NCBI RefSeq assembly: GCF_009914755.1
Contig: NC_060926.1
Source of the DNA: the human T2T-CHM13v2.0 reference genome, Homo sapiens
Length of the DNA: 64,000 bases
Direction: 5' to 3' (one strand)
Made by a program: the position numbers and the translations under genes. Below, one piece after another: positions 26,260 through 35,801 of the stretch (the first letter of the stretch is position 1; the number at the start of each line of letters is the position of its first letter). A model generated the notes under the pieces. It was not told the origin of the DNA and did no database searches. It worked only from the letters and a program-made list of their open reading frames with translations.

Positions 26260-28130
26260 TTGTAGACCTAAACATGTAACACCCCTTCACATGACTGCCT
26301 GGTCACATACCTGAAGTCTCTCACTCTTCTCACTGCTTCCAGACATGGATAAAGCACCACACAGCTGGATTTACCAAGCTGCTGCTAAAGGGTCTAGATA
26401 TTATAACCCAGTTATAGAGGAGTTAAATCCCTAATGGACAAATTCTAACCAACGGGAGACAGGATTCAGAAGAGCACCAAGCAGAAAAGTTATCCTCTAT
26501 TCCTGACTCCCTGGGATGGACTTGCTTGAGACTGATTTTCTCTTTATTCTTTATCTGAAAATATCATACATGAATAAATAAGCACATCTGCTTTGTAAAC
26601 AACTGTGCTTTGCTGTGGCTTGTTGAGAAATGTGGCTAAAATGATAATATTTCACTGTGAATTGCTTCCTGGTCTTCCCTCCAACATTTCCCATTTCCCT
26701 CATTCTCTCACCAATGGGATTACACTTCTCCATCAACATTTAATCCTTGGCTCAGGCTCTTTTTCTAAGGAGTGAGGGCTATTATAAGTTAAATTGTGCC
26801 TCACCAAAGGATGTGTTGAAGTCCTAACCTTCAATATCTCAGAATGTGTGACCTTATTGGAAATAGCATCATTATAGATGTAATTAGTGAAGATGAGGTC
26901 ATACTGGAGTGGGGTTGGCCCTTATCGAATATGACTGGTGTCCTCTTCAGGAAAAAAGAGACAAAAACATACAGGGAGAAAACCATGTTAAGACTGACAT
27001 AGAAATTGGACTTATGCTGCCATAAACCAAGGAACTCATAGAGCTACCACTTACTGGAAAAAGCAAGGAAGGATCTTCCCCTAGAGATTTCAGAGGAAAG
27101 ATGGCCTTGACGACACCCACCTTCATTTTGCACTTCTCATCTCTCCAAAAAGGAGATTATACATTTCTGTTGTTTTAAGCCACCCAATTTGTGGTAATTT
27201 ATTATGATATCCCCAGGAAACTAATACAAGGGGTCAAGCAATTGGCACTAGAAATTGTTCTAGAACACAGACCTTTACAATGGGATTTTGGAGTTGGATG
27301 CCCACTTGTTGGAAGGCAAGAGGGACATCATTACTGTGTTAAGTAGGATGCTAATAACCCATGGCACACAATGGTATCACAATTAATCTTAAGGTAAAGC
27401 TAAAAGAAGGAGCCCAAGTATCTGTGGTAATCAGTATGGGTACATGATAAATAAAAAGATAATGGAGTAAGGTAGCTACTTTTGATAGGCCTAAATAACT
27501 TGTAAAAAGAAAATCATAGGCTCAAAGCAGTTAATTGCTAACAAGGCATGCTCTGATTCCCAGAGGATTGCTATGGCAGCATTAATGGAAACTCAGGACA
27601 GACTGTGGTGAAAAATTAAGACTGGAATCCATTTATGGCATTGTTAGAGATGTAAATGAAACTAAATGTACAGTTGCAAGCGTTCTCCCAAGTCATTGTC
27701 AGAACCCAGATAGAAAATATGGAGACCATTAGTATCTTGGATAACGACATTTAGGGGGATGAGCATTGTAATCTTGAACCCCTGGATTCTCCTGAGATTT
27801 CCTGGCGGATAGAAGCAGCCTCATCCTTCTCACCAGCGAAGAACAGTCTCTGCTTGCCTAGAGACTGTGTAATGATTACACTGAAATTGTAAATTTGCAA
27901 GATCTCAGGGCGTGACATTATCATCTCTCACTGCTTCTAGGCCAATAGCCAGATCATGTCTTAACACAACTTGTGCACGGAAGTAAAATCCCAGCTTCCA
28001 TGCTAAAGGCATTTCATGACCTAGCTAATAAGTATCAGCAGGAATTGGAAGAATGCATATGGGATTGGATCTTGAGTGAGTTAGAGGTAGGAAATGGAGG
28101 TTGGAGTTTTGGATGAAAGAATTCATTGAC
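26260..28130 (+). mobile_element. Second LTR16-type LTR plus ERVL internal (gag) remnant
   Basis: LTR end 'ttaatccttggctcaggctctttttctaagg', then internal sequence similar to 3551-4420 (e.g. 'cagcaggaattggaagaatgcatatgggattggatcttgag'). Confidence 0.65.
26780..27228 (+). mobile_element. MLT1C-like LTR inserted at the end of the LTR16
   Basis: 'gttgaagtcctaacc...gaatgtgtgaccttattggaaatag...ggaaactaataca'; TSD agggc/agggg. Confidence 0.85.
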
Positions 28131-28439
28131 AACTTCCTGACCAAAGACCAAAGGCACTATTTTGCCCTTTCCCATCCTTCCTTGCTTTATTTCCTTTTTC
28201 CTTTATTATCATCACAAATATTATTAGATTATTTAAATAACTTGTAGTATATTCCTTCAATGAAGTACTATTCAGCCATTTAAAGGTATGAGCTATACCT
28301 GTAAGACATAAGAAACACGGAAAAGCATGTTTCAGTCATCAATACATACTAGCACATCAGATCCTTTTGATAGTACCTGTGTCCAGGCCTTTATCCAATA
28401 TGACTGGTGTCCTCACGAAAAAAGAGACAGGCTACTAGT

Positions 28440-28900
28440 TTTACCCAGGTGTTACGGTGACAATTCACTTTCTCAGACCTTACTATACTGTCCACCTTAG
28501 GCCCCAGGGCTTTTCTGTTGCTGCTGAGCTATCAGTGGCAGGGGGATCCATTTGGTTCTCACACACTGGTAATCTGGAATCACAGGGGAACTGAATGCCC
28601 TGTACGGTGAATGAACTTTTGACATGTGGGAGATTGAGCTAATAGATACACTTTTCTCCCTTCATTTCAGAGATTAACTGTCCTGAGAGGAAACAGTTTA
28701 CTCAACATCTGGGAAGATGATCCCATGAGATCATGCCGTCAGTTGCAATTGACACCCACAGTAGTCAGCCCAGTAATGTATCCCATCGTATTTGTTCTCT
28801 TTTCTTCCCTTATTCCTATTTCTCTGGGATTTACCTGCAAATAAGTGAGCATATCAGCTTTTTCTTTAAGATCTGTTTTCTAGGGTACTTGACTCAAGGT
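28440..28900 (+). mobile_element. LTR16-family LTR fragment
   Basis: Ends 'ctgggatttacctgcaaataag...agatctgttttctagggtacttgactcaag'. Confidence 0.55.
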
Positions 28901-29132
28901 AAATGTTTGTCATATAATGTTACATGAAAAAGTAAGTTACAGAATACTATGGAAAATAATGAATTTTATGTAAAAATATAAAAGCATATACACATTTAAT
29001 TATTTGTGACATTGTAAAAGAGGACTGGATGGTACACATCTTTGAGAACAGGTAGGAGTAAATAAAAGATTGAATATTTATTTATTCTTCTCTAGAATTT
29101 TTAAGGTCATGTATTACATTTGCAATTTTTTT

Positions 29133-29195
29133 AAATACTGAAAAAAAACTTTAAAAAAATACTGAAAAATACTGAAAAAAATACTGAAAAAATAT
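29133..29195 (+). repeat. A-rich short tandem repeat (aaatactgaaa)n
   Basis: Four copies of aaatactgaaaaa with variable A runs. Confidence 0.85.
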
Positions 29196-29748
29196 TTTAA
29201 AATATCATAAAGTAAGTTCATATTATGTTATACTTTAAATTGAACATATTGCATATTTTTATATCATTAATAACAAATTTTAGGCATTGGAAATAAACAA
29301 TTAAAAAATGATAATATTGGAAAATGAGTTAAACAAAGTAAATGTTGACGTGGTTTTCTATTAGCTTTAACATTTACTGGTCCTAAAGTGAAATGTCCTT
29401 GTACGTAGAGTGGAATTACAACACAAAACAATGTCTTTTAAGGTTGTATTTATACAACACAAAAAAAAACCCACAAATCTATAAATCAACTGATTTAAAA
29501 AAAATCAATATGGATAAACAAGTAGATAAAAACTGTAAAAATTAACTGGTTAAATGACAGTATTTATTCACTGTGCTCTCAAGACAGACCTCTTTATCTT
29601 TGCAAAAAAAAAATAGCTCCTTAAGAGAAATTAAAATTGGTTTCTTCCCTTTAATCATATTGAAGTTTCAACTTCAATATTATAATAGTATTCTAATAAA
29701 TATAATGCTTCTTTAGCCATACATGTTCATTTTTAAGATGTAGTATGA

Positions 29749-30050
29749 GGCTGGACACGATGGCGCATGTGTGTAATCCCAGCACTTTGGGAGGCTGAGG
29801 CGGGCAGATCACCTAAGGTCAGGAGTTCAAGACCAGCCTGGCCAACATGGCAAAACCCTACCACTACTAAAAATACAAAAAATAGCCGGGCATGGTGGTG
29901 GGCACCTGTAGTCTCAGCGACTCAGGAGGCTGAGGCAGGAGAATCGCTTGAACCTGGGAGGCGGAAGCTGCAGCGAGCTGAGATAGTGCCACTGTACTCC
30001 AGCCTGGGTGACAGAGCAAGACTCCATATCAAAAAAAAAAAAAAAAAAAA
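29749..30050 (+). mobile_element. AluS (Sx/Sz-like)
   Basis: Full Alu with an A tail of about 20; TSD aagatgtagtatga at 29735-29748 and 30051-30064. Confidence 0.97.
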
Positions 30051-30617
30051 AAGATGTAGTATGAGGCTTCTATATCACCATAACTTGGATTTAAAACATT
30101 TTTCTTCATTTTATCCTGAAAGTGAGAAAATCTCCCCAAGAGAGGGTAGCATGTCCATGAAGGTAGTCTGAACAAAAGGTGATTGTGTAGGTTATTACAA
30201 ACTGACTTGTTTTATTCAGTTATTACCTTTAAAATGCAACATACAAATAAATCATTTTGTTTTCACAAAATAATATAAAATTTCAGATAATTCTTACATA
30301 CACTAGTGAATAATTTCAACTTTCTTTCTTGGCAATAAGGACAAACAATTGATTTTAGGGGCCAAAAAGTAGTCGTTAAACCAATATAAATCGTGCTTTC
30401 GTTTGTAGTGAAGGCAAAAGGCTTTGACGCTCCCACTAATTAGAAATATGTAAAATATGAGAAGAAATTACCAAACCAATTCATTTATATCCAGTAATAT
30501 ATATAGATGTATAAAATAGGTAAGGATGGAAGCATATAAAGTCCCCTTAATGTATAGATAAGTACAATTCTTGATAATGGTCTATTTATGAATTTTATGG
30601 TTTTCATGAATTTATAC

Positions 30618-31060
30618 TGTCAACCTAAATACAAAACACAGAAGGAGATTGTGCAAAAGAAAATTATGTTTATTCAGAAATAGGTATTTCAGTGAAAACG
30701 TACGTGCCATAGCAACTATGTGAGTATTCAGGAAAGTAAAGGAAGACAGAGGTTTTTAAAGGAAAAATGAGGATTGTGTCACTGTTTTTAGATAATTATT
30801 CTGGCTACAAGGATCAGTAACAACAAAGGTGGTGCCAGTCCAAGGTTGGACAGGCAGTTGCTGGGCAGATGTTCTACAGAGGTGTAAGATTGTAAGGTTG
30901 TGATGGCCTTTGTTCAAGATTGTGGTTTTTGTGGACACTTTTGTGATACTTCTTATGAGGCATTTATGCATGAGAATTCTCCCTTCATGGCTTTCCTTAC
31001 CTCTATTTGTCAGAGATTTTTAACACAAGTGACTGCATTTTGATTTTGACAATTTTCACA
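30618..31060 (-). mobile_element. ERV1 solo LTR (MER65-like)
   Basis: Reverse complement begins TGTGAAAATTGTCAAAATCAAAATGCAGTCAC and ends ..GGTTGACA, giving TG...CA termini. Confidence 0.7.
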
Positions 31061-31189
31061 ATGTTTAGGTCATAACTAAAAATTACAATAACTGGCTCCA
31101 AAATTAGCTGTTTCACACAAAGGTGTTAACTGATAAATAGGACAATAATAAGGAATATTTTAAAAGGTGATTGTTTATTAACCTCTGTT

Positions 31190-31495
31190 AAAAACAGGTT
31201 CAAGAATTTTGCACTCAGAACCAAGGATGGAGAGAAAGAAGTCCAGATTTATTCAGCAGAAAGCTCATATTCCTAAATGAGGATGAAGAGGCTAGGGTTA
31301 CACAGGCTAGAAGCTCACATCCATACCGAAAGATGAAGGAGACCTGCGTTACACAGCTTGACACTTAAATGCCCATATCCAAGGAAGAAGGAAACCAGGG
31401 TTCATACAACCAGGAAAGTCATATTCATCTCCATATAGAAAAGGATTCCAGGGTTTACAAATCCAGGACATGCATATCTACATCTCAGAAACAAA
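31190..31495 (+). repeat. Degenerate ~51-bp tandem array (5-6 units)
   Basis: A CAGGGTT-like anchor recurs at 31244, 31293, 31344, 31396 and 31449 (spacings 49, 51, 52, 53), preceded by a gaagga-like motif and followed by aca..ag..a.ctcacat/catat. Confidence 0.75.
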
Positions 31496-31509
31496 GAAAT
31501 TAGCCACTA

Positions 31510-32245
31510 AATTCATTACTAGTGGGAATATAAAATGGTACAACCACTCTGGAGAAGAGTCTGGGCATTTCCTAAAGCCCTAGATAAATACATAACCATT
31601 ATACCACCCAGCAACTGCAGTTTGGGGTTTATCCTGGAGAAATGAAAACCTAGGTTTGTAGAAAAACCTGCCCAGGAATGCTCGTAACAATGTGATGTGT
31701 AATAGCCCCAAAGTGGAAACAACCCTACAGTCCTTTCAACAGGTGATTGGTTAAACCGACTATGGTACATCCATACCATTGAATAGTACTCAGCAATAAA
31801 AAGGGAACAAAGTATTGACACCTTGGTACCACTGGAAACTCACTTCCTAGTACAGAAAACAGGTGGTCAGGGTTTACAAAGTAAACACACTGAACGAATT
31901 TGCAGAGGACAATGCTGCAGGGGGAAAAAGCCAGTCCCCTAAGCTTACATATTACGCCATTCCATTTAAATAGAATTCTTGAAATGGCAACATTCTGTAA
32001 GTGGGGAACAGCTTAGTGGTTGCCAGGCATCAGGGCAATGGAGAGGGAAGAAGGTGGTTGGCACTGGAAGGACAATGGGAGGCATCCTTGTGCAGAGGAA
32101 AGGGTCTGTATGTTGAGTGCGCCGAGGTACTACAGCTGTCCAAGATGCCACCGGTGGGGGAAATAGGTAAAGGGTACACTGCGATCTTTGTATTATTTGT
32201 TATAAGTGCAGGTGAATCCTCCGTGAGCTGGTAAAAAAGATTTTA
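31510..32245 (+). mobile_element. Old L1M 3' end/UTR fragment
   Basis: 'aaaatggtacaaccactctggag', 'tatggtacatccataccattgaatagtactcagcaataaaaagg', 'ttagtggttgccagg'. Confidence 0.8.
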
Positions 32246-32267
32246 ACTAAAATAGAGTTGAACCCTC

Positions 32268-32347
32268 CAGCACAGACTGACCTGAGTATTCTATCAGTAC
32301 AGGTTGACCTGAGTATTCTGCCAACAGACTGACCTAGCAGGTCAGTC
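32268..32347 (+). repeat. 27-bp tandem repeat (about 2.6 units) ending in a perfect inverted repeat
   Basis: cagcacagactgacctgagtattctat / cagtacaggttgacctgagtattctgc / caacagactgacct-agc-aggtcagtc. Confidence 0.85.
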
Positions 32348-32419
32348 CCCAGGCCGGGCTCTACCCCTGGGAATGGCACCCCTCCTCCAGAGGAAGCATT
32401 TCCCAAATGCCCCAGGATA

Positions 32420-34330
32420 GGAGTTGGCGCGGAAGGAGAGCCAAGCCGGCGATGAAGACATTCTCCGCTGGACACAGGAACGCCAAGAGCCAACGCTAAG
32501 AAGCGGCCTCCACACTGGACGGCGGCCTCCATTAGCCAGCTGCTGCTGGTAAAACAAAGAGAAGGCCGTGGGCAGGCGGCGCTGAGTGCAGACTAAACGC
32601 AGTCCGCGGCGGCGGTACCTGAAAGCCAGCACAGATCCACCCAAATGGAGCCCTCGCCTCCCCACAGCTAGCGGGGCGCTCCCGCGGGGGTTCCGCGCCT
32701 CCCCTCCGCCAGGTGGAGCCAGTACTCGCAAGGGGGCGTCCGCGGTTCAGAGGTCACATACCGGCTGAAGTAAACCGCGCTCAGGCGGCCTTCAGGGGCG
32801 CGACCCCAGCGTCTTTCCTCGGCCCAAGCCCCGGCGCCGAGCAGAGACGACCTTAGCGGTCCTACACCTAGCGGTCCTGCAGGTCCCTGAATCCTCTTTG
32901 GATCAGCGCTGAGGAAAGGCGGGAGTGCGGCCGCGCGCCCTGCCTCCGCCGCCATGGCCCAGCTGCGAGCCTGCGAAGTCCGGCAGCTGCTGCACAACAA
33001 GTTCGTGGTGGTCATGGGGGACTCGGTCCAGCTGGCCGTGTACAAGGACCTGGTGCTCCTGCTTCAGAAGGACTGCCTGCTGTCCTCCAGTCAGCTGAAG
33101 GCCAAGGGCGAACTGAGCTTCGAGCGCGACATGCTGCTGGTGGGCTGCAGCAGTGGCCGCATGCACTACGACCGCCACTACCGCGAGGTGCGCCAGTTCC
33201 GCTCGGGCCACCACCTGGTGCGCTTCTACTTCCTCACGCGCGTGTATTCGCACTACGCGGAGCGCGTCGTGGAGGAGCTGCGTAGGGCCGAGCCCGCCCC
33301 GGACGTGGTGGTCATGAACTCCTGCCTCTGGGACCTCGCCAGGGATGGCCGGGGCTTCCCCAGGAGCTACCGGCGTGACGTGGAGAGCCTGTTCGTGCGG
33401 TTGGACTGGGCGCTGCCCACGTCCTGCCTTCTGTTGTGGAACACGGCCATGCCCGTGGCCGAGACCATCTCGGGAAGCTGCCTCCCATGCGCGCGCCAGC
33501 TCCGCCGCGCCCGCCTGCGCGAAGACGTGATGGAGGCCAACTTCTACAGCTCCGCCGAGGCGGCGAGGCGCGGCTTTGACGTGCTGGACCTGCATTTCCA
33601 CTTCCGCCACGCCACGCGGCACCGGCTCCCCGACGGCGTGCACTGGGACGAGCGCGCGCACCGCCACCTTTCCCAGCTGCTGCTGGCCCACCTGGCAGAC
33701 GCCTGGGGCGTGGACCTGCCCCGCCGCGAAGCCGTGGACGGGTGGCTCAGGCATGACCACGCCAACAGACGTGCAGCCCCGGCGGGCAGAAGGCAGCCCC
33801 GAGACGACCGACCGGACCCACACGGCCGAGGGGACCGAGCGGGCCGAGGAGACCTCCGTGCCCCTCGATCGCTCGCTTCGTTCTTCTGGGCTCGACCGCC
33901 TTTCCCTCCCCGCCGTCAGGTCGCCTTTCTGTCCTCTGACCGGCATTTCTCCAGCGACTCCTCCACGCGCCACATCCGACACAGCGGCGAAGAAAACGCC
34001 AGGGTTGGCCGCGAGTCGCGGCCGTTCCCCATCCGCACAAGCTCTGCTCTGCGCCGAGAGAGGAGGCATTCCCCTTACCTTCCGTGGCGCCCCAGCGAGC
34101 CACCCCTAAGCCAGCGAAGCCGCACACGCACACACAGAGGGGTCCCGAGAACACCCAGGACTCAGTAGTAGCCAGACCTGGGAGAACGTCCTGTCTTCCC
34201 CAGCATGGTCAATGGGCTGCCTGACCACTATCACACGGGCCTGGCCTTCAGCAGCTCTTCCGAGGTGGGGGTATTTTTACGCTTCCTACTCCAATCAGTG
34301 AACCGCTTTCCACATCACTCGTCTTTGCCA
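32420..34330. promoter_or_regulatory. CpG island covering the putative promoter/5' UTR and the whole PCED1-like ORF
   Basis: Abrupt switch to very GC- and CpG-rich sequence (e.g. gcggccgcgcgccc) in an otherwise AT-rich, CpG-depleted window. Confidence 0.9.
32954..34168 (+). CDS. Intronless PC-esterase domain-containing protein 1 family member (PCED1B-like/FAM113; possibly the PCED1CP locus), 404 aa
   Basis: Translation contains EVRQLLHNKFVVVMGDS, VYKDLVLLLQKD, HHLVRFYFLTRVYS, NSCLWD, FDVLDLHFHFRHA, DGVHW and ADAWGV, all recognisable PCED1A/B motifs. Kozak context gccgccATGG; double stop TAGTAG; no frame disruptions. Confidence 0.88.
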   Translation: MAQLRACEVRQLLHNKFVVVMGDSVQLAVYKDLVLLLQKDCLLSSSQLKAKGELSFERDMLLVGCSSGRMHYDRHYREVRQFRSGHHLVRFYFLTRVYSHYAERVVEELRRAEPAPDVVVMNSCLWDLARDGRGFPRSYRRDVESLFVRLDWALPTSCLLLWNTAMPVAETISGSCLPCARQLRRARLREDVMEANFYSSAEAARRGFDVLDLHFHFRHATRHRLPDGVHWDERAHRHLSQLLLAHLADAWGVDLPRREAVDGWLRHDHANRRAAPAGRRQPRDDRPDPHGRGDRAGRGDLRAPRSLASFFWARPPFPPRRQVAFLSSDRHFSSDSSTRHIRHSGEENARVGRESRPFPIRTSSALRRERRHSPYLPWRPSEPPLSQRSRTRTHRGVPRTPRTQ

Positions 34331-34418
34331 GAGCTTCCACGCCACTTTTTGGGAAGGGAGCAGGGACCCAGACCACCAGGCCGTTCTCCTCTAAGCATTT
34401 AGGGAGAAATGAAGTCTA

Positions 34419-34464
34419 CATAAAAGTGCTCCCCGCCTTAAAAAAAAAAAAAAAAAAAAAAAAA
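34419..34464 (+). terminator. Variant poly(A) signal CATAAA plus genomic poly(A) tract
   Basis: CATAAA at 34419-34424, then 25 A at 34440-34464, about 270 bp after the stop codon. Confidence 0.6.
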
Positions 34465-34782
34465 GCAGCCATACCCGAATGTAAGTCTTCAGGCAGTATT
34501 TTCCATTGACATTATTCCAAAAAAAGGTAAAAATTTTGATCCTTAGAACTTAAACGTTTCAATTAAGATTTCCATTTCACCGTTCGTTTTTGAGTATGTT
34601 CATAGAACCTGATATCTAAAGCTTTCACCTAAGTTGTCTTACATATTCTTTACATTTCTCTGTGCTTCAACATAGCATTTGTCCTAAAAAAATTCCATTC
34701 ACTAATGCAAGGTTGTTTATTTTCTGTTAGAAACATAATCTTTAAAGTTCATCGAATGCCTAGCACATTTTTAAAAATAGAC

Positions 34783-35055
34783 TTTTTACTTTTTTTTTTT
34801 TTTAAGATAGGGTCTCACTCTGTTGCCCAGGCTGGAGTGCACTGGCTCAAGCGATCCTGTTGCCTCAGCCCCTCAAGTAAGTGGGACCACAGGCGTGCAC
34901 TACCATGCCTGGCTAACTTTTTAAATTTTTTGTAGAGATGGGGTCTCGCCATATTGCCCAGGCTGTCGTCAAAGTCCTGGACTCAAGCAGTCCTCCTGCT
35001 TAAGCCTCCCACACTGTTGGGAATGCCTGGCCTCCCACAGCAGGGCACCTGACCT
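34783..35055 (-). mobile_element. AluJ with internal deletion
   Basis: Poly-T then 'agatagggtctcactctgttgcccaggctggagtgca...tttgtagagatggggtctcgcc'. Confidence 0.9.
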
Positions 35056-35539
35056 AGAATTTAATTTTTAGAGCAATTTTAGGTTCACAGCAAAATTGAG
35101 TGGACAGTACAGGGAGTTTCCGTATACTTTTTTGATTTCACACAGGCAAAGCCTCCCCCACTATCAATATCCCACATCAAATGGTACATTTGTTATCTTT
35201 GATGAAGCTACGTTAACACATCATTATCACCCCAACACCATAGTTCATTAGAGTTCATTCTTGATGTTCTCCATTCTATGGGTTTTGACAAATGTATAAT
35301 GGCATGTATCGTCCATCATTATAGTATCATACAGAATAGTTCCACTGTCTTGAAAATCCTCTCTGCTCTGTCTCTGCATCCTTCCTGGAAACCATGGATC
35401 TATAACTGTCTCTATAGTTTTGTTTTTCCCAAAATGCTATATAGTTAGACATACAATATGTAGCCTTTTCAGATTGAGCTCTTCTGATTAGGAATTTAAG
35501 TTCCCAACATGTCTTTTCATGGCTTGAGAACTCATTTAT

Positions 35540-35801
35540 GTTTTTTTATTTTTAATTTTTGTGAGTATATATTTATGGGGTACATGAGATGTTTTTATAC
35601 AGGCACGCAATGTGAAATAATCACATCATGGAGAATGGGGGTATCCATCCCTTTATGCATTTATGCTTTGTGTTACAAACAATCCAGTTACACTCTTTTG
35701 GTTATTGTAAAGTGTACAATTGTTATTATTGACTGTAGTCACCCTGATATGCTATCAAATAGTAGGTATTATTCATTCTTTCTGTTTTTTTTGTACCCAA
35801 T
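35540..35801 (-). mobile_element. Short L1MA-type 3' end insertion
   Basis: 'tatttatggggtacatgagatgttt...'; TSD aactcatttat at 35529-35539 and 35802-35812. Confidence 0.8.

Noticed and set aside
31190-31495. CRISPR-like reading of the ~51-bp periodic array
   Set aside because: Primate DNA with no cas genes; the units are degenerate along their whole length rather than identical repeats with unique spacers.
32903-34069. 388-aa antisense ORF overlapping the PCED1-like gene
   Set aside because: It is in exact codon register with the sense ORF. A GC3-rich gene lacking TTA/CTA/TCA codons automatically leaves this frame open. No recognisable domain.
32200-34154. Other ORFs in the CpG island (e.g. 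32342-32731, 32668-33045, 33576-34109, 33747-34154)
   Set aside because: Expected from stop-codon scarcity in GC-rich DNA; low-complexity translations with no family motifs.
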